Positions 1-13,598 of a DNA stretch of 64,000 bases are shown here, piece by piece. Source of the stretch: Eledone cirrhosa (Eukaryota); the NCBI GenBank assembly GCA_964016885.1, contig OZ024743.1, positions 78,740,001 to 78,804,000 of the forward strand, given 5' to 3'. A program made the position numbers and the translations under genes. Each line of letters opens with the position of its first letter. The stretch's first letter is position 1. Under the pieces are notes generated by a model. That model was not told the DNA's origin and searched no databases. It worked only from the letters and a program-made list of their open reading frames with translations.

Positions 1-1411
1 ACTCTAAAATGGCTAGAACGGCATCATAAATGACTAAAATGACTCTCAAATGGCCAAAACGACCTCATAAATGACTAAAATGATTCTAAAAGGCTTCATG
101 ATTAAAATTACTCTAAAACTGCATCATAAATGAGGAAAATGACTCTAACATGGTTAAAACGGCATCATGAATGACTATAATGACTCTTAAATAGCTAAAA
201 CGTCATTATAAATGACTAAAGTTGCTAAAACGGCATCATAAATGACTAGAATGACTCCAGAATGGCTAGAACGGCATCATAAATGACTAAAATGACTCTA
301 AAATGGCTAAAACGTCATTATAAATGACTAAAGTGGCTCAAACGGCATCATAAATGACTAGAATGACTCCAAAATGTCTAAAACGGCATCATATATGACT
401 AAAATGACTCCAAAATGGTTAAAACGGCATCTTAAATGACTGAAATGGGTAAAACGGCATTATGAATGACTAAAATGTGTCTAGAATGGCTAAAATAGCA
501 TCATAAATGACTAAAATGACTCTAAAATGGCTAAAACGGCATTATCAATGACTAAAATGGCTAAAACGGCATCATAAATGACGAGAATGACTCCAAAATG
601 GCTAAAACGCATCATAAATGACTAAAATGAGTCCAAAATGGTTAAAAATGCATCTTAAATGACTCAAATTACTCTAAAATAGCTAAAAGGTCATTATAAA
701 TGACTAAAACGGCATTACAAATTACTAAAATGACTCTAAAATGGCTATAAAGGCATCATAAATGAGTAAAATGGCTAGAACGTCATCATAAATGACTAAA
801 ACGTCATCATAAATTACTAAAACGGCATCATAAATGACTAAAACGGTATCATAAATGGGCTAATATGGCTAAAACGGCATCATAAATGAGTAAAATGGCC
901 AAAACCAGATCATAAATGACTAAAACGTCATCATAAATGACTAAATGGCTAAAATAGCATCATAAATGAGTAAAATGGCTAAAAAGGCATCATAAATAAG
1001 TAAAATGACTAAAACGTCATCCTAAATGACTAAAACGTCATCATAATTGATAAAAACGTCATCATAAATGACTAAAATGACTCTAAAAGGTTAAAATGGC
1101 ATCAGAAATGACTAAAATGGCATCATAAATGGCTAAATTGTCTCTAAAATGGCATAAATTAGTAAAATGGCTAAAACGTCATCATAAATTACTAAAACGT
1201 CATTATTAATGACTAAAATGGCTAAAACGACATCATAAATGGCTAAATTGACTCTAAAATGTCTAAAACGGCATCATGAATGAGTAAAATGGACAAAACG
1301 TCATCATAAATGATTAAAATGACATCATAAATGAGTAAAATTACTCTAAAATGGCTAAAACGGCATCGTAAATGACTCTAATATGGCTAAAATAGCATCA
1401 TAAATGAGTAA
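1..1411. repeat. Degenerate AT-rich satellite; ~10-bp unit (AAAATGACT/AAAATGGCT) in 30-42-bp blocks such as AAATGACTAAAATGGCTAAAACGGCATCAT; runs off the left edge
   Basis: Continuous repetition of aaatgact / aaatggct / aaacggcatcat motifs up to an abrupt junction with the tRNA array at ~1412. Confidence 0.95.
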
Positions 1412-1464
1412 AAACTTCTTCAAAATATAAATTTTTAAATCCAATAATCTTGCTTTCATAAATT

Positions 1465-1700
1465 CTCAATCTCTACAAACTTACATATAATGTATTATTC
1501 TAGGTTACTTTAAAGATATCTTCTAGAAACTCTCTAAATCTCAATCTCTACAACCTGACATATAATATATTACTTTAGGTTACTGTAAAGATATCTTCTA
1601 GAAACTCTCTAAATCTCACTCTCTACAACCTGTCATATGAAGTATTACTGCAGGTTACTTTATAGATATCTTCTGGTAACTCTCTAAATCTCACACTCTA
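1465..1700 (+). repeat. 75-bp spacer subrepeat x3 (first instance; present in every unit): CTCTAAATCTCAATCTCTACAACCTGACATATAATATATTACTTTAGGTTACTGTAAAGATATCTTCTAGAAACT
   Basis: Direct 75-bp periodicity; its copy number explains 912 versus 837-bp units. Confidence 0.9.
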
Positions 1701-1892
1701 TAATTTCAGTCATCCAGTTGTCAACATAATAGAAACTTCCTGTTATACTTAATGTATTTTACCAGGACCACAAAACAATAACATGACTATATCTCACTAT
1801 AGAGTAGTAGATTTATGAACTAAATTGAATTTAACATACGTAACATTAGTTAGTATAGCTTTTAAATATGATTTCATATTTTGAATAATATG

Positions 1893-1975
1893 AGCACGAT
1901 GGCCGAGTGGTTAAGGCGTCGGACTTAAGTTCCAATGGACAAATGTCCGCGTGGGTTCGAACACCACTCGTGCTA
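1893..1975 (+). tRNA. trnL-TAA: tRNA-Leu(TAA) copy 1, variant (T28C, C61A)
   Basis: 83-nt class II cloverleaf with A box TGGCCGAGTGG and anticodon loop CTTAAGT; two stem mismatches, one in the B box. Confidence 0.7.
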
Positions 1976-2161
1976 AATTATCTTTTCTTCAAGTTGTCAT
2001 TTATTTTATTTATTCTATTGATTCCTGTGATTGTACGGCTGAATATGCTTGGGCACCGCCTTCAGAAGATTTCGCTAAAAATATTGATCCGAGCACAATT
2101 GCTTTGTGAATCACGGGCCCGCAACTGATTATGAAACTCAGTTTAATCTGGTCAGTATTTT

Positions 2162-2238
2162 ATACCGATCGCCGAGTGTTATTAGACATTATCAACAATG
2201 ACCAAATGACCACATGGGTTTGATCCAAATTCAAGCTA
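2162..2238 (+). pseudogene. 'Ghost' decayed tRNA-Leu relic (first instance; recurs ~269 bp downstream of each forward tRNA start)
   Basis: Aligns with the array tRNA-Leu apart from a 6-bp deletion: ...GATCGCCGAGTG...TTAGAC...CAAATGACCACATGGGTTTGATCC...GCTA. Confidence 0.75.
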
Positions 2239-2804
2239 CATACTTATTCCTTTATTCTGGTTTTTATTGTATATTTTTTGTTATTTGTCTCCTTTTCATT
2301 CTTTATTTTTCTAATTATTAATTAAACTTCTTCAAAATATAAATTTTTAAATCCAATAATCTTGCTTTCATAAATTTTCAATCTCTACAAACTTACATAT
2401 AATGTATTATTCTAGGTTACTTTAAAGATATCTTCTAGAAACTCTCTAAATCTCAATCTCTACAACCTGACATATAATATATTACTTTAGGTTACTGTAA
2501 AGATATCTTCTAGAAACTCTCTAAATCTCACTCTCTACAACCTGTCATATGAAGTATTACTGCAGGTTACTTTATAGATATCTTCTGGTAACTCTCTAAA
2601 TCTCACTCTCTATAATTTCAGTCATCCAGTTGTCAACATAATAGAAACTTCCTGTTATACTTAATGTATTTTACCAGGACCACAAAACAATAACATGACT
2701 ATATTTCACTATAGAGTAGTAGATTTATGAACTAAATTGAATTTAACATACGTAACATTAGTTAGTATAGCTTTTAAATATGATTTCATATTTTGAATAA
2801 AATG

Positions 2805-2887
2805 ACCACGATGGCCGAGTGGTTAAGGCGTTGGACTTAAGTTCCAATGGACAAATGTCCGCGTGGGTTCGAACCCCACTCGTGCTA
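2805..2887 (+). tRNA. trnL-TAA: tRNA-Leu(TAA) copy 2 (G2C)
   Basis: Consensus except one acceptor-stem mismatch. Confidence 0.85.
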
Positions 2888-3716
2888 AATTATCTTTTCT
2901 TCAAGTTGTCATTTATTTTATTTATTCTATTGATTCCTGTGATTGTACGGCTGAATATGCTTGGGCACCGCCTTCAGAAGTTTTCGCTGAAAATATTGAT
3001 CCGAGCACAATTTTTTTGTGAATCACGGGACCCCAACTGATTATGAAACTTATTTTAATCTGGTCAGTATTTTATACCGATCGCCGAGTGTTATTAGACA
3101 TTACCACCTATGACCAAATGACCACATGGGTTTGATCCAAATTCAAGCTACATACTTATTCCTTTATTCTGGTTTTTATTGTATATTTTTTGTTATTTGT
3201 CTCCTTTTCATTCTTTATTTTTCTAATTATTAATTAAACTTCTTCTAAATATAAATTTTTAAATCCAATAATCTTGCTTTCATAAATTTTCAATCTCTAT
3301 AACCTGACATATAATATATTACTTTAGGTTACTGTAAAGATATCTTCTAGAAACTCTCTAAATCTCAATCTCTACAACCTGACATATAATATATTACTTT
3401 AGGTTACTGTGAAGATATCTTCTAGAAACTCTCTAAATCTCACTCTCTACAACCTGACATATAATGTATTCCTGCAGGTTACTTTATAGATATCTTCTAG
3501 TAACTCTCTAAATCTCACACTCTATAATTTCAGTCATCCAGTTGTCAACATAATAGAACCTTCCTATTATACTTAATGTATTTTACCAGGACCCCAAAAC
3601 AATAACATGACTATATCTCACTATAGAGTAGTAGATTTATGAACTAATTTGAATTTAACATACGTAACATTAGTTAGTATAGCTTTTAAATATAATTTCA
3701 TATTGTGAAAAATATG

Positions 3717-3799
3717 AGCACGATGGCCGAGTGGTTAAGGCGTTGGACTTAAGTTCCAATGGGCAAATGTCCGCGTGGGTTCGAACCCTACTCGCGCTA
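3717..3799 (+). tRNA. trnL-TAA: tRNA-Leu(TAA) copy 3, variant
   Basis: Two wobble changes plus T69C acceptor mismatch. Confidence 0.8.
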
Positions 3800-4627
3800 A
3801 ATTATTTTTTCTTCAGGTTGTCATTTATTTTATTTATTCTATTGATTCCTTTGATTGTATGGCTGAATATTCTTTGGCACCGCCTTGAGAAGATTACGCT
3901 GAAAATATTGATCCGAGCACAATTCTTTTGTGAATCACGGGACCCCAACTGATTATGAAACTCAGTTTAATCTGGTCAGTATTTTATACCGATCGCCGAG
4001 TGTTATTAGACATTATCACCTATGACCAAATGACTACATGTGTTTGATCCACATTCAAGCTACATACTTATTCCTTTATTCTGGTTTTTATTGTATATTT
4101 TTTGTTATTTGTCTCCTTTTCATTCTTTATTTTTCTAATTATTAATTAAACTTCTTCAAAATATAAATTTTTAAATCCAATAATCTTGATTTCATGAATT
4201 ATCAATCTCTACAAACTTACATATAATGTATTATTCTAGGTTACTTTAAAGATATCTTCTAGAAACTCTCTAAATCTCAATCTCTACAAACTGACATATA
4301 ATATATTACTTTAGGTTACTGTAAATATATCTTCTAGAAACTCTCTAAATCTCACTCTCTACATCCTGTCATATGAAGTATTACTGCAGGTTACTTTATA
4401 GATATCTTCTGGTAACTTTATAAATCTCACACTCTATAATTTCAGTCATCCAGTTGTCAACATAATAGAAACTTCCTGTTATACTTAATGTATTTTACCA
4501 GGACCACAAAACAATAACATGATTGTATCTCACTATAGAGTAGTAGATTTATGAAGTAATTTGAATTTAACATACGTAACATTAGTTAGTATAGCTTTTA
4601 AATATAATTTCTATTTTGAATAATATG

Positions 4628-4710
4628 AGCACGATGGCCGAGTGGTTAAGGCGTTGGACTTAAGTTCCAATGGACAAATGTCCGCGTGGGTTCGAACCCC
4701 ATTCGTGCTA
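4628..4710 (+). tRNA. trnL-TAA: tRNA-Leu(TAA) copy 4 (C65T wobble)
   Basis: Intact cloverleaf, A and B boxes and T-run terminator. Confidence 0.9.
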
Positions 4711-5538
4711 AATTATTTTTTCTAAAAGTTGTCATTTATTTTATTTATTCTATTGATTCCTGTGACTGTATGTCTGAATATGCTTGGGCACCGCCTACAG
4801 AAGATTTCGCTGAAAATATTGATCCGAGCACAATTGCTTTGTGAATCACGGGACCCCAACTGATTATGAAACTCAGTTTAATCTGGTCAGTATTTTATAC
4901 CGATCGCCGAGTGTTATTAGACATTATCACCTATGACCATATGACCACATGGGTCTGATCCAAATTCAAGCTACATACTTATTCCTTTATTCTGGTTTTT
5001 ATTGTATATTTTTTGTTATTTGTCTCCTTTTCATTCTTTATTTTTCTAATTATTAATTAAACTTCTTCAAAATATAAACTTTTAAATCCAATAATCTTGC
5101 TTTCATAAATTCTCAATCTCTACAAACTTACATATAATGTATTATTCTAGGTTACTTTAAAGATATCTTCTAGAAACTCTCTAAATCTCAATCTCTACAA
5201 CCTGACATATAATATATTACTTTAGGTTACTGTAAAGATATCTTCTAGAAACTCTCTAAATCTCACTCTCTACAACCTGTCATATGAAGTATTACTGCAG
5301 GTTACTTTATAGATATCTTCTGGTAACTCTCTAAATCTCACACTCCATAATTTCAGTCATCCAGTTGTCAACATAATAGAACCTTCCTATTATACTTAAC
5401 GTATTTTACCAGAACCACAAAACAATAACATGACTATATCTCACTATAGAGTAGTAGATTTATGAACTAATTTGAATTTAACATACGTAAATTAGTTAGT
5501 ATAGCTTTTAAATATGATTTCATATTTTGAATAATATG

Positions 5539-5621
5539 AGCACGATGGCCGAGTGGTTAAGGCGTTGGACTTAAGTTCCAATGGACAAATGTCCGCGTGG
5601 GTTCGAACCCCACTCGTGCTA
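5539..5621 (+). tRNA. trnL-TAA: tRNA-Leu(TAA) copy 5, consensus
   Basis: AGCACGA/TCGTGCT acceptor, GCC/GGC D stem, TTGGA/TCCAA anticodon stem, GGAC/GTCC variable arm, GTGGG/CCCAC T stem, discriminator A, TTTT downstream. Confidence 0.95.
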
Positions 5622-6450
5622 AATTATCTTTTCTTCAAGTTGTCATTTATTTTATTTATTCTATTGATTCCTGTGATTGTACGGCTGAATATGCTTGGGC
5701 ACCGCCTTCAGAAGTTTTCGCTGAAAATATTGATCCGAGCACAATTGTTTTGTGAATCACGGGACCCAAACTGATTATGAAACTTATTTTAATCTGGTCA
5801 GTATTTTATACCGATCGCCGAGTGTTATTAGACATTACCACCTATGACCATATGACCACATGGGTTTGATCCAAATTCAAGCTACATACTTATTCCTTTA
5901 TTCTGGTTTTTATTGTATATTTTTTGTTATTTGTCTCCTTTTCATTCTTTATTTTTCTAATTATTAATTAAACTTCTTCTAAATATAAATTTTTAAATCC
6001 AATAATCTTGCTTTCATAAATTTTCAATCTCCACAACCTGACATATAATATATTACTTTAGGTTACTGTAAAGATATCTTCTAGAAACTCTCTAAATCTC
6101 AATCTCTACAACCTGACATATAATATATTACTTTAGGTTACTGTGAAGATATCTTCTAGAAACTCTCTAAATCTCACTCTCTACAACCTGACATATAATG
6201 TATTCCTGCAGGTTACTTTATAGATATCTTCTAGTAACTCTCTAAATCTCACACTCTATAATTTCAGTCATCCAGTTGTCAACATAATAGAACCTTCCTG
6301 TTATACTTAATGTATTTTACCAGGACTACAAAACAATAACATGATTATATCTCACTATAGAGTAGTAGATTTATGAGCTAAATTGAATTTAACATACGTA
6401 ACATTAGTTAGTATAGCTTTTAAATATGATTTCATATTTTGAATAAAATG

Positions 6451-6533
6451 AGCACGATGGCCGAGTGGTTAAGGCGTTGGACTTAAGTTCCAATGGACAA
6501 ATGTCCGCGTGGGTTCGAACCCCACTCGTGCTA
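6451..6533 (+). tRNA. trnL-TAA: tRNA-Leu(TAA) copy 6, consensus
   Basis: Perfect cloverleaf as in copy 5. Confidence 0.95.
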
Positions 6534-7287
6534 AATTATCTTTTCTTCAAGTTGTCATTTATTTTATTTATTCTATTGATTCCTGTGATTGTACGGCTGA
6601 ATATGCTTGGGCACCGCCTTCAGAAGTTTTCGCTGAAAATATTGATCCGAGCACAATTTTTTTGTGAATCACGGGACCCCAACTGATTATGAAACTTATT
6701 TTAATCTGGTCAGTATTTTATACCGATCGCCGAGTGTTATTAGACATTACCACCTATGACCAAATGACCACATGGGTTTGATCCAAATTCAAGCTACATA
6801 CTTATTCCTTTATTCTGGTTTTTATTGTATATTTTTTGTTATTTGTCTCCTTTTCATTCTTTATTTTTCTAATTATTAATTAAACTTCTTCTAAATATAA
6901 ATTTTTAAATCCAATAATCTTGCTTTCATAAATTTTCAATCTCTATAACCTGACATATAATATATTACTTTAGGTTACTGTAAAGATATCTTCTAGAAAC
7001 TCTCTAAATCTCAATCTCTACAACCTGACATATAATATATTACTTTAGGTTACTGTGAAGATATCTTCTAGTAACTCTCTAAATCTCACACTCTATAATT
7101 TCAGTCATCCAGTTGTCAACATAATAGAACCTTCCTATTATACTTAATGTATTTTACCAGGACCCCAAAACAATAACATGACTATATCTCACTATAGAGT
7201 AGTAGATTTATGAACTAATTTGAATTTAACATACGTAACATTAGTTAGTATAGCTTTTAAATATAATTTCATATTGTGAATAATATG

Positions 7288-7370
7288 AGCACGATGGCCG
7301 AGTGGTTAAGGCGTTGGACTTAAGTTCCAATGGGCAAATGTCCGCGTGGGTTCGAACCCCACTCGTGCTA
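7288..7370 (+). tRNA. trnL-TAA: tRNA-Leu(TAA) copy 7
   Basis: Intact; G-T wobble in the variable arm; long T-run terminator. Confidence 0.93.
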
Positions 7371-8198
7371 AATTATTTTTTCTTCAGGTTGTCATTTATT
7401 TTATTTATTCTATTGATTCCTTTGATTGTATGGCTGAATATTCTTTGGCACCGCCTTGAGAAGATTACGCTGAAAATATTGATCCGAGCACAATTCTTTT
7501 GTGAATCACGGGACCCCAACTGATTATGAAACTCAGTTTAATCTGGTCAGTATTTTATACCGATCGCCGAGTGTTATTAGACATGATCACCTATGACCAA
7601 ATGACTACATGTGTTTGATCCACATTCAAGCTACATACTTATTCCTTTATTCTGGTTTTTATTGTATATTTTTTGTTATTTGTCTCCTTTTCATTCTTTA
7701 TTTTTCTAATTATTAATTAAACTTCTTCAAAATATAAATTTTTAAATCCAATAATCTTGATTTCATGAATTATCAATCTCTACAAACTTACATATAATGT
7801 ATTATTCTAGGTTACTTTAAAGATATCTTCTAGAAACTCTCTAAATCTCAATCTCTACAAACTGACATATAATATATTACTTTAGGTTACTGTAAATATA
7901 TCTTCTAGAAACTCTCTAAATCTCACTCTCTACATCCTGTCATATGAAGTATTACTGCAGGTTACTTTAAAGATATCTTCTGGTAACTCTCTAAATCTCA
8001 CACTCTATAATTTCAGTCATCCAGTTGTAAACATAATAGAACCTTCCTATTATACTTAATGTATTTTACCAGGACCACAAAACAATAACATGAATATATC
8101 TCACTATAGAGTAGTAGATTTATGAACTAATTTGAATTTAACATACGTAACATTAGTTAGTATAGCTTTTAAATATAATTTCTAATTTAAATAATATG

Positions 8199-8281
8199 AG
8201 CACGATGGCAGAGTGGTTAAGGCGTTCGACTTAAGTTCCAATGGACAATTGGCCGCGTGGGTTCGAACCCCACTCGTGCTA
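8199..8281 (+). tRNA. trnL-TAA: tRNA-Leu(TAA) copy 8, probably defective
   Basis: C12A, G29C and variable-arm mismatches. Confidence 0.6.
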
Positions 8282-9110
8282 TATTATTTTTTCTTCAAGT
8301 TGTCATTTATCTTATTTATTCTATTGATTCCTGTGATTGTACGGCTGAATATGCTTGGGCACCGCCTTCAGAAGTTTTCGCTGAAAATATTGATCCGAGC
8401 ACAATTGTTTTGTGAATCACGGGACCCAAACTGATTATGAAACTTATTTTAATCTGGTCAGTATTTTATACCGATCGCCGAGTGTTATTAGACATTACCA
8501 CCTATGACCATATGACCACATGGGTTTGATCCAAATTCAAGCTACATACTTATTCCTTTATTCTGGTTTTTATTGTATATTTTTTGTTATTTGTCTCCTT
8601 TTCATTCTTTATTTTTCTAATTATTAATTAAACTTCTTCTAAATATAAATTTTTAAATCCAATAATCTTGCTTTCATAAATTTTCAATCTCCACAACCTG
8701 ACATATAATATATTACTTTAGGTTACTGTAAAGATATCTTCTAGAAACTCTCTAAATCTCAATCTCTACAACCTGACATATAATATATTACTTTAGGTTA
8801 CTGTGAAGATATCTTCTAGAAACTCTCTAAATCTCACTCTCTACAACCTGACATATAATGTATTCCTGCAGGTTACTTTATAGATATCTTCTAGTAACTC
8901 TCTAAATCTCACACTCTATAATTTCAGTCATCCAGTTGTCAACATAATAGAACCTTCCTGTTATACTTAATGTATTTTACCAGGACTACAAAACAATAAC
9001 ATGATTATATCTCACTATAGAGTAGTAGATTTATGAACTAAATTGAATTTAACATACGTAACATTAGTTAGTATAGCTTTTAAATATGATTTCATATTTT
9101 GAATAAAATG

Positions 9111-9193
9111 AGCACGATGGCCGAGTGGTTAAGGCGTTGGACTTAAGTTCCAATGGACAAATGTCCGCGTGGGTTCGAACCCCACTCGTGCTA
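9111..9193 (+). tRNA. trnL-TAA: tRNA-Leu(TAA) copy 9, consensus
   Basis: Perfect cloverleaf. Confidence 0.95.
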
Positions 9194-9947
9194 AATTATC
9201 TTTTCTTCAAGTTGTCATTTATTTTATTTATTCTATTGATTCCTGTGATTGTACGGCTGAATATGCTTGGGCACCGCCTTCAGAAGTTTTCGCTGAAAAT
9301 ATTGATCCGAGCACAATTTTTTTGTGAATCACGGGACCCCAACTGATTATGAAACTTATTTTAATCTGGTCAGTATTTTATACCGATCGCCGAGTGTTAT
9401 TAGACATTACCACCTATGACCAAATGACCACATGGGTTTGATCCAAATTCAAGCTACATACTTATTCCTTTATTCTGGTTTTTATTGTATATTTTTTGTT
9501 ATTTGTCTCCTTTTCATTCTTTATTTTTCTAATTATTAATTAAACTTCTTCTAAATATAAATTTTTAAATCCAATAATCTTGCTTTCATAAATTTTCAAT
9601 CTCTATAACCTGACATATAATATATTACTTTAGGTTACTGTAAAGATATCTTCTAGAAACTCTCTAAATCTCAATCTCTACAACCTGACATATAATATAT
9701 TACTTTAGGTTACTGTGAAGATATCTTCTAGTAACTCTCTAAATCTCACACTCTATAATTTCAGTCATCCAGTTGTCAACATAATAGAACCTTCCTATTA
9801 TACTTAATGTATTTTACCAGGACCCCAAAACAATAACATGACTATATCTCACTATAGAGTAGTAGATTTATGAACTAATTTGAATTTAACATACGTAACA
9901 TTAGTTAGTATAGCTTTTAAATATAATTTCATATTGTGAATAATATG

Positions 9948-10030
9948 AGCACGATGGCCGAGTGGTTAAGGCGTTGGACTTAAGTTCCAATGGGCAAATG
10001 TCCGCGTGGGTTCGAACCCCACTCGTGCTA
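9948..10030 (+). tRNA. trnL-TAA: tRNA-Leu(TAA) copy 10
   Basis: Same as copy 7. Confidence 0.93.
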
Positions 10031-10858
10031 AATTATTTTTTCTTCAGGTTGTCATTTATTTTATTTATTCTATTGATTCCTTTGATTGTATGGCTGAATA
10101 TTCTTTGGCACCGCCTTGAGAAGATTACGCTGAAAATATTGATCCGAGCACAATTCTTTTGTGAATCACGGGACCCCAACTGATTATGAAACTCAGTTTA
10201 ATCTGGTCAGTATTTTATACCGATCGCCGAGTGTTATTAGACATGATCACCTATGACCAAATGACTACATGTGTTTGATCCACATTCAAGCTACATACTT
10301 ATTCCTTTATTCTGGTTTTTATTGTATATTTTTTGTTATTTGTCTCCTTTTCATTCTTTATTTTTCTAATTATTAATTAAACTTCTTCAAAATATAAATT
10401 TTTAAATCCAATAATCTTGATTTCATGAATTATCAATCTCTACAAACTTACATATAATGTATTATTCTAGGTTACTTTAAAGATATCTTCTAGAAACTCT
10501 CTAAATCTCAATCTCTACAAACTGACATATAATATATTACTTTAGGTTACTGTAAATATATCTTCTAGAAACTCTCTAAATCTCACTCTCTACATCCTGT
10601 CATATGAAGTATTACTGCAGGTTACTTTATAGATATCTTCTGGTAACTTTATAAATCTCACACTCTATAATTTCAGTCATCCAGTTGTCAACATAATAGA
10701 ACCTTCCTGTTATACTTAATGTATTTTACCAGGACCACAAAACAATAACATGATTATATCTCACTATAGAGTAGTAGATTTATGAAGTAATTTGAATTTA
10801 ACATACGTAACATTAGTTAGTATAGCTTTTAAATATAATTTCTATTTTGAATAATATG

Positions 10859-10941
10859 AGCACGATGGCCGAGTGGTTAAGGCGTTGGACTTAAGTTCCA
10901 ATGGACAAATGTCCGCGTGGGTTCGAACCCCATTCGTGCTA
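10859..10941 (+). tRNA. trnL-TAA: tRNA-Leu(TAA) copy 11
   Basis: Same as copy 4. Confidence 0.9.
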
Positions 10942-11770
10942 AATTATTTTTTCTAAAAGTTGTCATTTATTTTATTTATTCTATTGATTCCTGTGACTGT
11001 ATGTCTGAATATGCTTGGGCACCGCCTACAGAAGATTTCGCTGAAAATATTGATCCGAGCACAATTGTTTTGTGAATCACGGGACCCCAACTGATTATGA
11101 AACTTATTTTAATCTGGTCAGTATTTTATACCGATCGCCGAGTGTTATTAGACATTATCACCTATGACCATATGACCACATGGGTTTGATCCAAATTCAA
11201 GCTACATACTTATTCCTTTATTCTGGTTTTTATTGTATATTTTTTGTTATTTGTCTCCTTTTCATTCTTTATTTTTCTAATTATTAATTAAACTTCTTCA
11301 AAATATAAATTTTTAAATCCAATAATCTTTTTTTCATAAATTTTCAATCTCCACAACCTGACATATAATATATTACTTTAGGTTACTGTAAAGATATCTT
11401 CTAGAAACTCTCTAAATCTCAATCTCTACAACCTGACATATAATATATTACTTTAGGTTACTGTGAAGATATCTTCTAGAAACTCTCTAAATCTCACTCT
11501 CTACAACCTGACATATAATGTATTCCTGCAGGTTACTTTATAGATATCTTCTAGTAACTCTCTAAATCTCACACTCTATAATTTCAGTCATCCAGTTGTC
11601 AACATAATAGAACCTTCCTGTTATACTTAATGTATTTTACCAGGACTACAAAACAATAACATGATTATATCTCACTATAGAGTAGTAGATTTATGAACTA
11701 ATTTGAATTTAACATACGTAACATTAGTTAGTATAGCTTTTAAATATAATTTCATATTGTGAATAATATG

Positions 11771-11853
11771 AGCACGTTGGCCGAGTGGTTAAGGCGTTGG
11801 AATTAAGTTCCAATGGACAAATGTTCGCGTGGGTTCGAACCCCACTCGCGCTA
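11771..11853 (+). tRNA. trnL-TAA: tRNA-Leu(TAA) copy 12, probably defective
   Basis: A7T, C32A, T69C and a variable-arm change. Confidence 0.6.
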
Positions 11854-12678
11854 AATTACTTTTTCTTCATGTTGTCAATTATCTTATTTATTCTATTGAT
11901 TCCTGTGAATGTATGGCTGAATATGCATGGGCACCGCCTTCAGAAGATTTCGCTGAAAATATTGGTCCGAGCACAATTCTTTTGTGAATCACGGGACCCC
12001 AACTGATTATGAAACTCAGTTTAATCTGGTCAGTATTTTATACCGATCGCCGAGTGTTATTAGACATTATCACCTATGACCATATGACCACATGGGTTTA
12101 ATCCAAATTCAAGCTACATACTTCTTCCTTTATTCTGGTTTTTATTGTATATTTTTTGTTATTTGTCTCCTTTTCATTCTTTATTTTTCTAATTATTAAT
12201 TAAACTTCTTCAAAATATAAATTTTTAAATCCAATAATCTTGCTTTCATAAATTTTCAATCTCTACAAACTTACATATAATGTATTATTCTAGGTTACTT
12301 TAAAGATATCTTCTAGAAACTCTCTAAATCTCAATCTCTACAACCTGACATATAATATATTACTTTAGGTTACTGTAAAGATATCTTCTAGAAACTCTCT
12401 AAATCTCACTCTCTACAACCTGTCATATGAAGTATTACTGCAGGTTACTTTAAAGATATCTTCTGGTAACTCTCTAAATCTCACACTCTATAATTTCAGT
12501 CATCCAGTTGTCAACATAATAGAAACTTCCTGTTATACTTAATGTATTTTACCAGGACCACAAAACAATAACATGACTATATCTTACTATAGAGTAGTAG
12601 ATTTATGAACTAATTTGAATTTAACATACGTAACATTAGTTAGTATAGCTTTTAAATATAATTTCTAATTTAAATATG

Positions 12679-12761
12679 AGCACGATGGCCGAGTGGTTAA
12701 GGCGTTCGACTTAAGTTCCAATGGACAATTGGCCGCGTGGGTTCGAACCCCACTCGTGCTA
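12679..12761 (+). tRNA. trnL-TAA: tRNA-Leu(TAA) copy 13, G29C variant
   Basis: Anticodon-stem and variable-arm mismatches; A and B boxes intact. Confidence 0.7.
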
Positions 12762-13515
12762 AATTATTTTTTCTTCAAGTTGTCATTTATCTTATTTTTT
12801 CTATTGATTCCTGTGAATGTATGGCTGAATATGCTTGGGCACGGCCTTCAGAAGTTTTCGCTGAAAATATTGATCCGAGCACAATTTTTTTGTGAATCAC
12901 GGGACCCCAACTGATTATGAAACTCAGTTTAATCTGGTCAGTATTTTATACCGATCGCCGAGTGTTATTAGACATTACCACCTATGACCAAATGACCACA
13001 TGGGTTTGATCCAAATTCAAGCTACATACTTATTCCTTTATTCTGGTTTTTATTGTATATTTTTTGTTATTTGTCTCCTTTTCATTCTTTATTTTTCTAA
13101 TTATTAATTAAACTTCTTCTAAATATAAATTTTTAAATCCAATAATCTTGCTTTCATAAATTTTCAATCTCTACAACCTGACATATAATATATTACTTTA
13201 GGTTACTGTGAAGATATATTCTAGAAACTCTCTAAATCTCACTCTCTACAACCTGACATATAAAGTATTACTGCAGGTTACTTTATAGATATCTTCTAGT
13301 AACTCTCTAAATCTCACACTCTATAATTTCAGTCATCCAGTTGTCAACATAATAGAACCTTCCTGTTATACGTAATGTATTTTACCAGGACCACAAAACA
13401 ATAACATGACTATATCTCACTATAGAGTAGTAGATTTATGAACTAATTTGAATTTAACATAGGTAACATTAGTTAGTATAGCTTTTAAATATAATTTCAT
13501 ATTGTGAATAATATG

Positions 13516-13598
13516 AGCACGTTGGCCGAGTGGTTAAGGCGTTGGACTTAAGTTCCAATGGACAAATGTCCGCGTGGGTTCGAACCCCACTCGCGCTA
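13516..13598 (+). tRNA. trnL-TAA: tRNA-Leu(TAA) copy 14, variant (A7T, T69C)
   Basis: Two acceptor-stem mismatches. Confidence 0.7.

Noticed and set aside
1512-1535. AAGATATCTT and TTCTAGAA palindromes in the 75-mer as heat-shock elements
   Set aside because: Only two nGAAn pentamers; a canonical HSE needs three
1785-1805. T7-promoter-like CTCACTATAG in each unit
   Set aside because: Only a 10-bp match lacking TAATACGA, in a eukaryotic context
2085-2135. Sm-site-like AATTTTTG downstream of the tRNA as an snRNA
   Set aside because: The motif varies among units and there is no resemblance to U snRNAs or 5S rRNA
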